DNA of 64,000 nt from an uncultured virus (IMG/VR IMGVR_UViG_3300042691_010759) (lineage: Duplodnaviria; Heunggongvirae; Uroviricota; Caudoviricetes). The notes beneath the pieces were generated by a model. That model was not told the DNA's origin and ran no database searches. It saw only the letters and a list, made by a program, of their open reading frames with translations. The stretch lies in the IMG/VR virus record IMGVR_UViG_3300042691_010759, one strand, 5' to 3'. Both the position numbers and the translations under genes were made by a program. Of the stretch, positions 17,007 through 27,245 are shown piece after piece. The number at the start of each line of letters is the position of its first letter. Within the stretch, counting starts at the first letter, position 1.

Positions 17007-17228
17007 ATGGCAAAAAAGAATAAGAAAGCATACTTAGTAGATGTTAATCTATATCTCAGAGTACTAGTAGATGAAGACATTGATCCAGACATGGATCCGG
17101 AATTTGACAAAGCTGTGATAGCTAAAATCAAACATCGGATGTTAGAGGAAGGAGATAGCTTCTTCATTGAAAACATTGACAAAGTAGAGGATGACATTGA
17201 ATGTCCTTATGATCCTGAATTTGATTAA
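17007..17228 (+). CDS. acidic hypothetical protein
   Basis: 73 aa ORF. Confidence 0.65.
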   Translation: MAKKNKKAYLVDVNLYLRVLVDEDIDPDMDPEFDKAVIAKIKHRMLEEGDSFFIENIDKVEDDIECPYDPEFD

Positions 17229-17240
17229 ACATTTTAAGTT

Positions 17241-17528
17241 ATGAAAAACCTAAAAGATAAAGCTGAAGATGCACAAAAATTAGCTATCTTGTATCCTGAA
17301 ACCTTTGAAGCCCCCACAAATGAAGAACTTTCCAGTATTAAACCTGGTATGTTTGTTAAGATTTGTGTAGGATCTGAAAGGTTTTGGATAAAAGTAGATA
17401 GTGTAAACGATAAAGAAATTCAAGGTAAAATAGATAATCAATTAGTCTATTCTGATGAAACAGATCTTTACTATGAAGATGAAGTATCTTTTACTAGAAA
17501 TAATGTGTATCAAATTTTCAGCGAATGA
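17241..17528 (+). CDS. hypothetical protein (DUF2314-like pattern)
   Basis: VKI...ERFWIKV...GKIDN. Confidence 0.55.
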   Translation: MKNLKDKAEDAQKLAILYPETFEAPTNEELSSIKPGMFVKICVGSERFWIKVDSVNDKEIQGKIDNQLVYSDETDLYYEDEVSFTRNNVYQIFSE

Positions 17529-17605
17529 TTAAAATAATAGTAAGTGATCCGGGAGATGAACAACCAGGAACACATATAGTAGCAACCCTTTAAACAAAAA
17601 CAAAA

Positions 17606-17950
17606 ATGAATGCAATTAGTGTAATACACCCATATAGATGGAACAACTTGTGGGTGTTTGATGATGAAGACAAAGACTTAGACAAAGAACCGCTTGTAGC
17701 TGGTGCTGATACGTTATTATCTATGCTTAGTAATAATGCTGAGGAATGTTCCTTAATGTTTTCAGGAAATGAATTTCCTGAATATGATTACGTCATTGAA
17801 AAATTAGGACCAGGTGTAGGTGGAGGAACAAACTATCTGTATAATGTTACAGAAGAAATTATTCACCCATTATGGTTGTGTCCTGCGTTATTCAAATACT
17901 TTGATACAGCACCAGATAAAATCTATTTCAAGCTGATCCTTAAAAAATAA
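17606..17950 (+). CDS. DUF6717-like hypothetical protein
   Basis: IHPY...WVFDD...EPLVAGAD...WLCPALFKYF. Confidence 0.55.
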   Translation: MNAISVIHPYRWNNLWVFDDEDKDLDKEPLVAGADTLLSMLSNNAEECSLMFSGNEFPEYDYVIEKLGPGVGGGTNYLYNVTEEIIHPLWLCPALFKYFDTAPDKIYFKLILKK

Positions 17951-17953
17951 AGG

Positions 17954-19087
17954 ATGAAAAAAACAAAAGATCAAATCCAAAGTGAAGCATTAAACGCAAT
18001 AGCAAATCTCAAGAAAGCAGGTATTGAAGTCTCAATGGGTGTCGGTAAGACTCTATTGGGACTTAAGGATATGAAAAGTAATTACACAGATTACTGTCGC
18101 TTTCTTGTGGTTGCTCCTAAAGTAACAATCTTTGACTCATGGAAAGATGATGCAAAAAAGTTTGACATGGAGTATATGTTGGATCACATAAACTTTTCCA
18201 CGTATATCTCATTACCTAAACAAGATCTTGATTATGATGTTGTTTATTTAGATGAGTGTCATTCGGTTAAAGCTACGCATGTTGAGTGGCTTAAAGCGTT
18301 TGAAAAGAAAGGTGGTAGGGTAATCGGTATGACCGGTACATATCCCACTAAAAAGTATACAGAGAAAGGTAAGATATGTGATTGGTTTTGTCCATTAGTA
18401 TATAAGTATCACACAGATGATGCAGTAGAAGATAAGATCTTAAATGATTATAGAATCTACATTCATAAACTCTCACTAGATGCGCGTCCAATAATAGAGA
18501 AGACTTCCAAAGATGGAAGAACCTGGATGACATCTGAGATAAAAGAATATGCTTACTGGACATCCCGTTTGGATGGTGCAAGATCACCAAAAGAAGAACA
18601 AATATGTAGAATCCAGCGCATGAAAGCGCTACAGCAATTCCCATCTAAAGAAGCTTATGCAAAGAGATTATTCAATGCCTGTCAAGGTAAAACAATAATC
18701 TTTGCAAATACACAGAGTCAAGCAGATGACCTATGTGAACACTCATTTCACTCAAACAACAAGAACTCAAAAGATAATCTCATTCTGTTTAAAACAGGAG
18801 AGATAACCAAGTTAAGCGCTGTTGAACAATTAAGTGAAGGTGTCACTATACCTAATTTAAAAACAGGTATCATCATGCATGCCTATGCTAATAATAGAAA
18901 AGCATCTCAAAAGATAGGCAGAATGCTGAGATTAAATCCAGATGATATGGCAACTATACACATTCTTTGCTATGCTAACAGTGTAGATAAAGATTGGGTG
19001 AAGAGTGCCTTAGAACATCTAGATCAGTCAAAAATAAAATGGGTTGAACCTATGCAGGAACAACCTAAAATAGGTATAATCCTTTAA
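17954..19087 (+). CDS. superfamily 2 helicase
   Basis: Walker A GVGKT, DECH, TGT, EGVTIP, QKIGRMLR. Confidence 0.85.
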   Translation: MKKTKDQIQSEALNAIANLKKAGIEVSMGVGKTLLGLKDMKSNYTDYCRFLVVAPKVTIFDSWKDDAKKFDMEYMLDHINFSTYISLPKQDLDYDVVYLDECHSVKATHVEWLKAFEKKGGRVIGMTGTYPTKKYTEKGKICDWFCPLVYKYHTDDAVEDKILNDYRIYIHKLSLDARPIIEKTSKDGRTWMTSEIKEYAYWTSRLDGARSPKEEQICRIQRMKALQQFPSKEAYAKRLFNACQGKTIIFANTQSQADDLCEHSFHSNNKNSKDNLILFKTGEITKLSAVEQLSEGVTIPNLKTGIIMHAYANNRKASQKIGRMLRLNPDDMATIHILCYANSVDKDWVKSALEHLDQSKIKWVEPMQEQPKIGIIL

Positions 19088-19277
19088 TCTATAAGTGAAG
19101 CCAGCATGTAATAAAACCGGATGCGTGATCAAAAGCTAATTAGTCAATGCCATGACGATTCAGTAAGTAAAAAGAAAGCCGGGGCTTATAGATTAATCCA
19201 TAGATGTGTGCTTAGTTAGGCCTGAATCAACTAATGCAAATGATAACTGTTTGGCGTGTTATCAGCACTGTTTATGG
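19085..19277 (+). ncRNA. two adjacent structured RNA candidates
   Basis: 11-bp closing stem 19085-95/19185-95, then a three-way junction 19198-19277. Confidence 0.45.
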
Positions 19278-19295
19278 AACCTTAAACAAAACCTT

Positions 19296-19478
19296 ATGAC
19301 AATAGACAAATTGTTTACAATTCTCCAAAATATAGGAGACCGGTACAGAAATAATGAAATTACTTGGAAGGAAGCAGAGGTAGAAATTAATGTGATTCTC
19401 CATTACTATAATGAGATGAACAAGTTAACTAAATTCTGTGATGAGTTTCAGAAAAAACAAAAGGAAGAAGATATATGA
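19296..19478 (+). CDS. hypothetical protein
   Basis: start moved to ATG 19296. Confidence 0.55.
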   Translation: MTIDKLFTILQNIGDRYRNNEITWKEAEVEINVILHYYNEMNKLTKFCDEFQKKQKEEDI

Positions 19479-19726
19479 GTAGATACATTAAACAATTAGA
19501 AGATCGTAAGCTCAGCGTAGCTTATGGTTTTGATCATGCACTAGGTTATTTCTTTCAAGTATTTGATCTTGATGAAAGCAACTTAGAAGAAGAAGAATCA
19601 GGTGTTATTGTAGATGAGTCCAGTCTTTTAACTGGAATGAGTAATGGAGATATGTATGAACTCATGGAGAACTATGATGTTGATGCAGAACATATGGCAA
19701 TGGTGTTATTAGATTTACCCTTTTAA
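19475..19726 (+). CDS. hypothetical protein
   Basis: 83 aa; YGFDHALGYFFQV. Confidence 0.65.
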   Translation: MSRYIKQLEDRKLSVAYGFDHALGYFFQVFDLDESNLEEEESGVIVDESSLLTGMSNGDMYELMENYDVDAEHMAMVLLDLPF

Positions 19727-19727
19727 T

Positions 19728-20330
19728 ATGGATAAGGAACTCGCACGCTTAGAAAGCGGAACACTCAGATTACAGCCCTTAAAAGGGCCTTATGATACAG
19801 GAATGGTAGTCGTATATATTCATGACTCTGTAATGCATGTTGCAACAATACAGCATTTAGATAAGGATCAGCGCTATTACATAATGGGAACCTATGATGG
19901 TTATACTGAACCGGATCCTGTATTCTATAAGTTCATTATTCAAGCAGAGCTTAGAGACTATACTTTAAAGTTTAATGACTGGTATAAAGTAATCAAAGCC
20001 AAGGTCCCTATAGATAGGGAGCGAGATTGGTATATCACTCCTCTTAAATTTAAAGAGGGTAAGTCCCCAAAGACTTGTAGTAGATGCTACTCACATTTTA
20101 TAGGATCTCCATCACAACCCAATTGCAAAGGTTGTTGTGAAGAACTAGCATTTGGTAGTCTTACAAACAGCTTTGAAGAAACCAAAAAGAAAAGACCTAG
20201 ATTAATAAGTCCAGTTGTTATGGATATTATCATCAAAGAAGCTTATCTTGCAGGTACAAAGGAGATTCCCTTTAGTGAAATGATGAAAGAACTTAAAACT
20301 AAATTAGAAAATGGCTATTACAGGACTTAA
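19728..20330 (+). CDS. hypothetical protein with CxxC...CxxC
   Basis: CSRC...CKGC. Confidence 0.65.
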   Translation: MDKELARLESGTLRLQPLKGPYDTGMVVVYIHDSVMHVATIQHLDKDQRYYIMGTYDGYTEPDPVFYKFIIQAELRDYTLKFNDWYKVIKAKVPIDRERDWYITPLKFKEGKSPKTCSRCYSHFIGSPSQPNCKGCCEELAFGSLTNSFEETKKKRPRLISPVVMDIIIKEAYLAGTKEIPFSEMMKELKTKLENGYYRT

Positions 20331-20619
20331 AATTGAACAAGCAGATGGTATACATAATATGCTGGTATATAGTAAACCATTTACAGCAGAAGTGGATGAT
20401 GAGGAAGGTGAAATAGACGGCGTTTTAATTGAATGGCAACCTGTTGAAGATGATCTCACACACAAAGGAGATCCGGTTGTCAATGTATTTAAAATGACAG
20501 AGGAAACTTTTCATAAAGATCTCAGAGTACACGCTGTAGAAAATGAACATCTAGTAACTAATTGGTCTTCTAATCCTGAATGGACACCGGAAGGCTACAC
20601 AAAAATCATAGAAATATAA
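20311..20619 (+). CDS. hypothetical protein
   Basis: 102 aa ORF. Confidence 0.65.
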   Translation: MAITGLKIEQADGIHNMLVYSKPFTAEVDDEEGEIDGVLIEWQPVEDDLTHKGDPVVNVFKMTEETFHKDLRVHAVENEHLVTNWSSNPEWTPEGYTKIIEI

Positions 20620-21170
20620 TGGGAGCAACAACTATTATCACAGGAGCACGTGGTAGAAACATGCGCGAAGCATTTGATAATGCTGTAAAAGATGCAGATG
20701 ATTATTATGGTCATCAGGAAGGTTATTCCGGAGCAATTAATACCTGCCACCTTAGTAAAGATGTTACAGATTTGTATAAAAAGATGGGCCGTGACAAACT
20801 AGAAAGCCATATCATAGATAATACAGGCAAACGTGAAGTCTGGGGATTCTGTATTGAAGAACCTAAGTCTAACAATAATAAGGTTAAGAGTGTTGTAGAG
20901 AATTATCCTCAGCACGGCACTAGAAAGTGGAAGACTATCTACCAAGCAGTAGATGAATGGGGTGGAGATGTAAAAGCTACAGCTGATTCTCAAACAGAAT
21001 GTATAAAGAAAGCTAGGGCTTACGTAGAAAAGAATCCTGATATTAATTTAGTAATTAAAATTGCTAAAGTATTAGAAGCAGGTAATCAAAAATGTGCTAA
21101 AGTACAATACAAAAAGGCTACCAATGAACGTCTTGGTAAGTATGTATTTGTAGGTTGGGCTGCAATTTAA
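20619..21170 (+). CDS. hypothetical protein
   Basis: start moved to ATG 20619; YGHQEGYSGAI and FVGWA motifs. Confidence 0.7.
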   Translation: MGATTIITGARGRNMREAFDNAVKDADDYYGHQEGYSGAINTCHLSKDVTDLYKKMGRDKLESHIIDNTGKREVWGFCIEEPKSNNNKVKSVVENYPQHGTRKWKTIYQAVDEWGGDVKATADSQTECIKKARAYVEKNPDINLVIKIAKVLEAGNQKCAKVQYKKATNERLGKYVFVGWAAI

Positions 21171-21175
21171 TCATC

Positions 21176-21379
21176 ATGAAAGTAGAAATTTTAATGAATG
21201 GTACAGTTAAAATTGTACTTATTCCAGAGAATGAAATTGAAACAGCAATTGTAAAACAAATTGCGGTAGGCGGTGTAGATGCAACAGTTATTACTCAGCA
21301 CACACAGATTCTAGATAAAGTTATCCAGGATGGATTAGTAATTACACCACAAAAAGGGGATGGTTACAAAGTCCAATAG
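21176..21379 (+). CDS. hypothetical protein
   Basis: start moved to ATG 21176. Confidence 0.55.
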   Translation: MKVEILMNGTVKIVLIPENEIETAIVKQIAVGGVDATVITQHTQILDKVIQDGLVITPQKGDGYKVQ

Positions 21380-22220
21380 GAAATCTATGCTTATAAGACC
21401 AAGTGGAAGGAGCAGTGATTTTATTGCTCCTTCTTTTGGTTATGGCTGTCTTTTAAATTGTACATATTGTTACATGAAAAGACATAAGCCTGAAGGTTTA
21501 GATGTCTCAAAGAATATAGGAAGTATTCTTACAGAGATAAGCAATCATGCTTGGTTCACAGAGGTTGAGAAACCTAATCAAACAGATCCAGAATATATCA
21601 CTTATGATATAGCATGCAATGAAGACTTTGCTCTTCATAGAAAGTATTATGATTGGGAACAAATCTTTGAGGTGTTTGTAAAACATCCTCATGCAAAAGC
21701 AACATTTGCTACAAAGATAATCCCTCACGAATTCCTTTCCTTTAATCCAAAAGGTAAGGTAAGAATTAGATTTAGTTTAATGCCACAAGTAATTGCGGAC
21801 CAGCTAGAACCTAACACACCACCAATTCAAAAACGTATTGAAGCTATCAATGACTTTAAGAGAGCAGGCTATGATGTCCATATCAATTTCTCTCCAGTTG
21901 TAGTATTTGACGGATGGCTAAATGAATACAAAGAACTCTTTAAACTTGTTGATTCAATTGTAGAGAAAGAATATAAAACAGATGTATTATCAGAAGTTAT
22001 ATTCCTTACCCATAATGAAGACAAGCACAAGCACAACGTTGAAAATAATTTACCTGGAGAAAATTTACTCTGGAATCCTACTCTGCAACAACCTAAAATA
22101 TCCCAATACGGAGGACATAATCTCAGATACAGATGTAATATAAAGGACAAGTACATACGTTCCTTTAAAATGTTACACAATGAGATTATTCCATGGAACC
22201 AAATCAGATACATCTTTTAA
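21360..22220 (+). CDS. splB: spore photoproduct lyase-like radical SAM protein
   Basis: GCLLNCTYCY (CxxxCxxC), FATK, RIRFSLMP, NFSPVV, SQYGG. Confidence 0.7.
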   Translation: MVTKSNRKSMLIRPSGRSSDFIAPSFGYGCLLNCTYCYMKRHKPEGLDVSKNIGSILTEISNHAWFTEVEKPNQTDPEYITYDIACNEDFALHRKYYDWEQIFEVFVKHPHAKATFATKIIPHEFLSFNPKGKVRIRFSLMPQVIADQLEPNTPPIQKRIEAINDFKRAGYDVHINFSPVVVFDGWLNEYKELFKLVDSIVEKEYKTDVLSEVIFLTHNEDKHKHNVENNLPGENLLWNPTLQQPKISQYGGHNLRYRCNIKDKYIRSFKMLHNEIIPWNQIRYIF

Positions 22221-22343
22221 TGTATACCCCATACCAACTCACACTGCACTCAATCACATATCCAAAACAACGCTTCGCGTAGGATATTAAGTTGAATGCA
22301 GTTTCGTTTTTTCAAACTAAGAAAGATTTATTAGCTTTATAAT

Positions 22344-22598
22344 ATGGACAATTTGAATAATCTTGAAAACAATTTTTCATATAGCGAAGGTGTATGGGCT
22401 GCTAAAGGTATGATCAAACATATAGCAACTACAACATACGGAACTATTGAACAAGCGGTGAATGTAAAGCAAGCGCTGATAAAAAACTTTGAAGAACAAT
22501 TTGGTTACTCCAGAGAGATGGAAGAATTAGATCCGCGTTATGCATATGAGCTTGGAATACTTGATGAATTAAAAAAAGAATTAGATGGTACTAGGTAA
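22344..22598 (+). CDS. hypothetical protein
   Basis: 84 aa ORF. Confidence 0.6.
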   Translation: MDNLNNLENNFSYSEGVWAAKGMIKHIATTTYGTIEQAVNVKQALIKNFEEQFGYSREMEELDPRYAYELGILDELKKELDGTR

Positions 22599-22860
22599 AG
22601 AAAAAGAAACACAGCTTGCGATGCAAGACTGGCGTAACAATGTAGACAAGGTATATAACCTTAGACTCATTAAGCATCATAATGGTGCAGGATTTGAGGT
22701 AATATCTACGTATGGTAGAAAGCACGGCCACCAAACAGTACATAAAAAAACAGATGGTCCGGTTAATTATTCTCAAGCAAATGAGATTTACCATAACCTT
22801 CTACATGAAAAGGTAAAGAAGGGATATGAAATAGCATATCAGCATGAGTCAGAAGGATAA
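22585..22860 (+). CDS. WGR-domain-like protein
   Basis: DKVY...YGR...EKVKKGY. Confidence 0.6.
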   Translation: MVLGKEKETQLAMQDWRNNVDKVYNLRLIKHHNGAGFEVISTYGRKHGHQTVHKKTDGPVNYSQANEIYHNLLHEKVKKGYEIAYQHESEG

Positions 22861-23233
22861 CATATTTAGCGTCCGCCTTGTAAAGAAAAATGGAAAATTA
22901 ATGCATCAATTACAAGGAGATCTGGCAATGTACAATGAATTTGTAAAAGGTTTAGAAGAAGGCCAGGTAGTAGAGGCCTTCTTTGAAGCCTATAAAGATG
23001 ATGGAACAAACCCACAATTGGCAATGATCCACGCATCTATTAGGAAGTTATCCATGGAAACAGGACATACCTTTCTAGAACTAAAACAATATGTTAAAGA
23101 AGCAGCAGGATTATGCTGGAAGGCTAAAGAAAAAGATTACTGCAAATCATTTGCAGATTGTTCTAAAGAAGAATTAGGATTAGTGATTGAAGTGTTGAAT
23201 GAAATTGGACAGCAAGTTAATCTGTCGTTTTAG
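22844..23233 (+). CDS. NinB/Orf-like protein
   Basis: QLAMIHA...ETGH...KSFADCSKEEL. Confidence 0.45.
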   Translation: MSQKDNIFSVRLVKKNGKLMHQLQGDLAMYNEFVKGLEEGQVVEAFFEAYKDDGTNPQLAMIHASIRKLSMETGHTFLELKQYVKEAAGLCWKAKEKDYCKSFADCSKEELGLVIEVLNEIGQQVNLSF

Positions 23234-23528
23234 GATACTCAACATCCTTATACTTAATCAAATCTTTATTACTAAACTCTTGTTCCATGTCTCTTAGAAA
23301 TATCATTACTGTTTGTAAATGATAAATCTCTACCGCGTTTTCCTTATCTTTGATTTCTTCTTCAGACAGTTGTAAAGCTTCAGCCATTAGTTTAACTATG
23401 TCTTCTGATTCTTTATCCTTGAGCAAGTAATGAAATAAAGATTTCATTCTCTGATAGAAGTAGGTTCCGATCTCCAAATTAACGGTGATATGTTCCTCAA
23501 GATAAGGTACTTTAACTGATTTTTCCAT
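23217..23528 (-). CDS. hypothetical protein, lone antisense gene with its own promoter
   Basis: 103 aa; TATATTTG on minus strand at 23533-23540. Confidence 0.65.
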   Translation of the reverse strand: MEKSVKVPYLEEHITVNLEIGTYFYQRMKSLFHYLLKDKESEDIVKLMAEALQLSEEEIKDKENAVEIYHLQTVMIFLRDMEQEFSNKDLIKYKDVEYPKTTD

Positions 23529-23552
23529 AAGTCAAATATAGCATTTTAAATT

Positions 23553-24251
23553 ATGACATTAAAAGAGATACAACAAAAATTGTATGAGAACCTGAAAGAA
23601 TCAGGGTGGGGAGATAAACTTAAGATGTTTATCATGAGTCAACAGTTCTATGAAATACTAGAGACTCTGTATAATGAATCCCAAGCAGGAAATAAATTTA
23701 CTCCAGTAATAAAAGATTTATTTAAAGCATTTCAGGAGTGTCCCTATGATCAGCTTAAGGTTGTCGTCATAGGGCAAGATCCTTATCCTCAAGCTGGCGT
23801 AGCGGATGGTATATCTTTTTCTTGTAGTTATACAGGAAAACTACAGCCATCGTTACGTTACATCTTTAAAGAAATTGAATCAACCGTTTATCCTGAAGGA
23901 TATGATGGTGATGTGGATCTAAAGAGATGGTCTAATCAAGGAGTCTTAATGTTAAACACAGCATTGACATGTCAGATAGGTAAGATAGGATCCCATATAG
24001 AACTATGGAAACCTTTTATTGTGTATCTGATGGATGTGTTAGCACATAACAACTCTGGTATAGCGTATGTATTCTTAGGTAATAAAGCCAAAGAGTGGCA
24101 TACTCATATACCAAATCTTAATTATAAATTCTTTACAACACATCCTGCCTCAGCTGCCTATAAGAAAGATAGCAGATGGGACAGCGGAGACTTATTCAAT
24201 AATATAAACAAAGTCTTAGTAGGTAGTGGAAATACAGAAATCAAATGGTAA
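23553..24251 (+). CDS. ung: uracil-DNA glycosylase (family 1)
   Basis: GQDPYP, PSL, QGVLMLN, SH, HPAS. Confidence 0.92.
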   Translation: MTLKEIQQKLYENLKESGWGDKLKMFIMSQQFYEILETLYNESQAGNKFTPVIKDLFKAFQECPYDQLKVVVIGQDPYPQAGVADGISFSCSYTGKLQPSLRYIFKEIESTVYPEGYDGDVDLKRWSNQGVLMLNTALTCQIGKIGSHIELWKPFIVYLMDVLAHNNSGIAYVFLGNKAKEWHTHIPNLNYKFFTTHPASAAYKKDSRWDSGDLFNNINKVLVGSGNTEIKW

Positions 24252-25657
24252 CAGATGAATTAAAAGAAGCATTAAAAGAAAGTTTAAACAGTGATCAGCT
24301 CTCAGCATTTGAAGAGTTAGTTGACTTTGTAAATAGTAGTTACGCAGATATTGACCAGCCAGACGCTATAGTTTTGAAAGGCTATGCGGGTACAGGTAAA
24401 ACATACTTAGTCAACAAAGTAATTCAATACATAAACCGGCGATATACAGCGCGTAAAGTCGCAGCTACTGCACCAACAAATAAAGCCGTTAAAGTCTTAA
24501 GTGAAACATGTAGCAAGGAAACTAAAGCTACATATATCACAGTCCATAAATTGTTAGGACTAAAAGAAGATATTGATGTCAATGGTAGGCAAAAGTTTAT
24601 TGCAAGCAATGAGGAAAATATGATTAGTGAATTCAAATATCTAATTGTAGATGAAGTCTCAATGCTGAATGATGATCTATGTATTGAATTACTTAAGTAC
24701 AAAGACAAATTAAAGATTGTTTTCATGGGAGATCCCGCGCAAATTCCACCTGTTAATAAAGAGGAATGCCTGCCGTTTACGGTAGACCAGGGCGGATATA
24801 ATTTCAAAGTGTTAGAGCTTAAAGAAATCATGAGGCAAAAGAATGGTAATCCTATTATCAAAGCTTCCTTTACAATACGTGATAACTTAGATATGGCACA
24901 GCCTATTACTAATTTAAGAACTATGGTAAATAGCAATGATCACGGAATCATCTGGTTCAATTCGCAAAATCAACGGCAGTTGGTAAAAGATTGTGTAAAA
25001 GAATTCTTTAAGTCTTCGTACTATGAACAAGATCCGGATTACATAAAAGTAATCGCTTGGCGTAATAAGACTGTAGATTACATGAATAAGTTAGTAAGAG
25101 AAGCTCTTTATGGTTCAGATGTAAAAAGATTTGAGCCAGGTGAAAATCTTATTGCAAACGGTCCCATATTCGCAAGAAGCTATGATCCTTGGAACAATGG
25201 GTATAAGTATCGTGTAAACTATAACACCTCTGATGAATTTAAAATATCAGCCGTCAGAATTGTGCAGCTCCAATTTGAAGAGAAGTATAAAGATGCGCCG
25301 TTAATAAGTTGGTCAGGTACGTTCTGGGAACTAGAGTTAGAAGATAAGTTTGACTGTCTTTATGTAGTACATGAAGACTCACAGGAGAGCTACAAAGAAT
25401 TACTTTCTCAAGCTAGATCTCAGGCATTAAAACAAAAGAAGAAAAGCTATTGGGTAAACTATTTCAACATAATGAAATGGTCCGCTAATCTTGCATACAA
25501 TTACGCAATAACAGCACACAAATCTCAAGGTAGTACATACAGCAATGTAATCCTACTAGAAGAAGACCTGGACTTTAATAGGAAAGTTGTAGAGCGTAAT
25601 CGTATTAAGTACACGGCATACACCCGTGCTAAACACAGATTATTTATTTTAAGATAG
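24245..25657 (+). CDS. SF1 Dda/RecD-like DNA helicase
   Basis: GYAGTGKT, APTNKA, DEVSM, GDPAQIPP, IMRQ, HKSQGS, YTAYTRA. Confidence 0.88.
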   Translation: MVTDELKEALKESLNSDQLSAFEELVDFVNSSYADIDQPDAIVLKGYAGTGKTYLVNKVIQYINRRYTARKVAATAPTNKAVKVLSETCSKETKATYITVHKLLGLKEDIDVNGRQKFIASNEENMISEFKYLIVDEVSMLNDDLCIELLKYKDKLKIVFMGDPAQIPPVNKEECLPFTVDQGGYNFKVLELKEIMRQKNGNPIIKASFTIRDNLDMAQPITNLRTMVNSNDHGIIWFNSQNQRQLVKDCVKEFFKSSYYEQDPDYIKVIAWRNKTVDYMNKLVREALYGSDVKRFEPGENLIANGPIFARSYDPWNNGYKYRVNYNTSDEFKISAVRIVQLQFEEKYKDAPLISWSGTFWELELEDKFDCLYVVHEDSQESYKELLSQARSQALKQKKKSYWVNYFNIMKWSANLAYNYAITAHKSQGSTYSNVILLEEDLDFNRKVVERNRIKYTAYTRAKHRLFILR

Positions 25658-25661
25658 AAGT

Positions 25662-25844
25662 ATGAAAAATTGGTGGACATTTGGAGACTATATGCACTTT
25701 ATTGTTTTAGCATACATGATGATATCATGGGTTGTAAACATAGTCAAACTATTTGGTTGTGATTTTGCAGAACCTTATAAACAAGAATTTATTCATTTCA
25801 TTGGACTCCTTCCAGGTTTGTCAATGATAACATGTTGGTATTAA
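25662..25844 (+). CDS. small membrane protein
   Basis: hydrophobic 60 aa; WVVNIVKL..CDF. Confidence 0.55.
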   Translation: MKNWWTFGDYMHFIVLAYMMISWVVNIVKLFGCDFAEPYKQEFIHFIGLLPGLSMITCWY

Positions 25845-25845
25845 T

Positions 25846-26352
25846 ATGAAAGAAACAGCAAACTATGTATTCTTCTTTGGAGGAATGTATTCGCAATGGG
25901 CCGGTATACCTTTTCAGGAAGGAGATGTAAAGTTCAATTGTACAGAACAGTATATGATGTATTGGAAAGCCCTGGCCTTTGGTGATTTGAAAAGTGCAGA
26001 AAGGATTATGGAAACCTATAATCCTGCAGAACAAAAGGCAATAGGAAGAAAAGTAAAAGGATTCAATGATGAAAGATGGGATCTGATTAAGTATCAAGTG
26101 GTTTATCAAGGAAACTATTTAAAGTTTTCGCAGAACCCTGATCTACTTGATACATTCCTGATTAAGCACAAAGACAAAATGTTTGTAGAGGCTTCGCCTA
26201 CAGATACAATCTGGGGTATTGGTAGAGATTTATCTTTCCCTTATCTAGAAGATCAATCAAAATGGAATGGTCAGAATTTATTAGGTTGTGCTATAAAAGA
26301 AGTACAACAAAAATTAATAGAAGATGAAGTTCCAATTTACTCTATTAGCTAA
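25846..26352 (+). CDS. NADAR family hydrolase
   Basis: YSQW, EQYMM..KA..FGD, KAIGRKVKGF, KFSQNP, EASPTDTIWGIG, GQNLLG. Confidence 0.88.
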   Translation: MKETANYVFFFGGMYSQWAGIPFQEGDVKFNCTEQYMMYWKALAFGDLKSAERIMETYNPAEQKAIGRKVKGFNDERWDLIKYQVVYQGNYLKFSQNPDLLDTFLIKHKDKMFVEASPTDTIWGIGRDLSFPYLEDQSKWNGQNLLGCAIKEVQQKLIEDEVPIYSIS

Positions 26353-26364
26353 ACATAGAATTCA

Positions 26365-26631
26365 ATGCCGATACTGAGAGAACAGATGCAGAGGATGTCA
26401 ATAATTTATCGGGAGATAAAGAATAGAGGTCCTGTTACGTGTAAGCATCTACACAGTAAAGTTAATTCAATTGTAGACCGGCCAGTATGTAAATCAACTA
26501 TAGAGAAAGATTTATTCAAACTCAAAATGGATTTTGATGTAGAATTTATTTCATCTAGAAGAGGTTATGTATTAGCAGATGAGGTAGATTTTGTAGATAA
26601 AGTAGTTGAATATTTTAACATAGAGCTATGA
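26365..26631 (+). CDS. winged-helix HTH protein
   Basis: KSTIEKDL...RRGY. Confidence 0.55.
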   Translation: MPILREQMQRMSIIYREIKNRGPVTCKHLHSKVNSIVDRPVCKSTIEKDLFKLKMDFDVEFISSRRGYVLADEVDFVDKVVEYFNIEL

Positions 26632-27245
26632 CATTTGCAAGAGGAAAAGTAATGTGTTTGTATAATGATGGAGATAATTTATGCATATCTGAGTCTGATG
26701 TATTTCATGGAACAATGCTTCCGGATACACCAGAGTTTGATGATTTGCTTATAGATTTGTTGAAGGCGGATGATGAGCATGACTATGCGTTTAAAGTTTT
26801 GCAATACAATGAAAAATACTTTCATTATCCAGACTTTAAAATGACCTCACATACCTTCTTTGATTATTTTAAAGACAAAGGTTATTTTACAATTGGCGCA
26901 GAAAAGAATGCGGATCCTGGATCTTATTCAAATAATAGAGAAGCAAACATTGCAATAAGTAAGTGCGGCGATAAGTTAGGAGCTGAAGTAATATTCATAA
27001 GAAATTTTTCAAACAAAACTGTATACGTATATGAACATCAGAAATGGTATAAACATCTACCGGTATATAATGATGTTAATTCGGTTAAGAAATTCAAAAG
27101 AGATATCATAATTATATTTATGAATCATTCAAGACCTGATGAGCAAAGTGGACAAATGTCAATATCTTTAGAATTTACAAAAGACTTTGATGGCTACCAC
27201 AACAACGCAGTGACAGGAATAAGGAAGTTTATGAGTAATGAATAA
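26628..27245 (+). CDS. hypothetical protein
   Basis: 205 aa ORF. Confidence 0.65.
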   Translation: MTFARGKVMCLYNDGDNLCISESDVFHGTMLPDTPEFDDLLIDLLKADDEHDYAFKVLQYNEKYFHYPDFKMTSHTFFDYFKDKGYFTIGAEKNADPGSYSNNREANIAISKCGDKLGAEVIFIRNFSNKTVYVYEHQKWYKHLPVYNDVNSVKKFKRDIIIIFMNHSRPDEQSGQMSISLEFTKDFDGYHNNAVTGIRKFMSNE

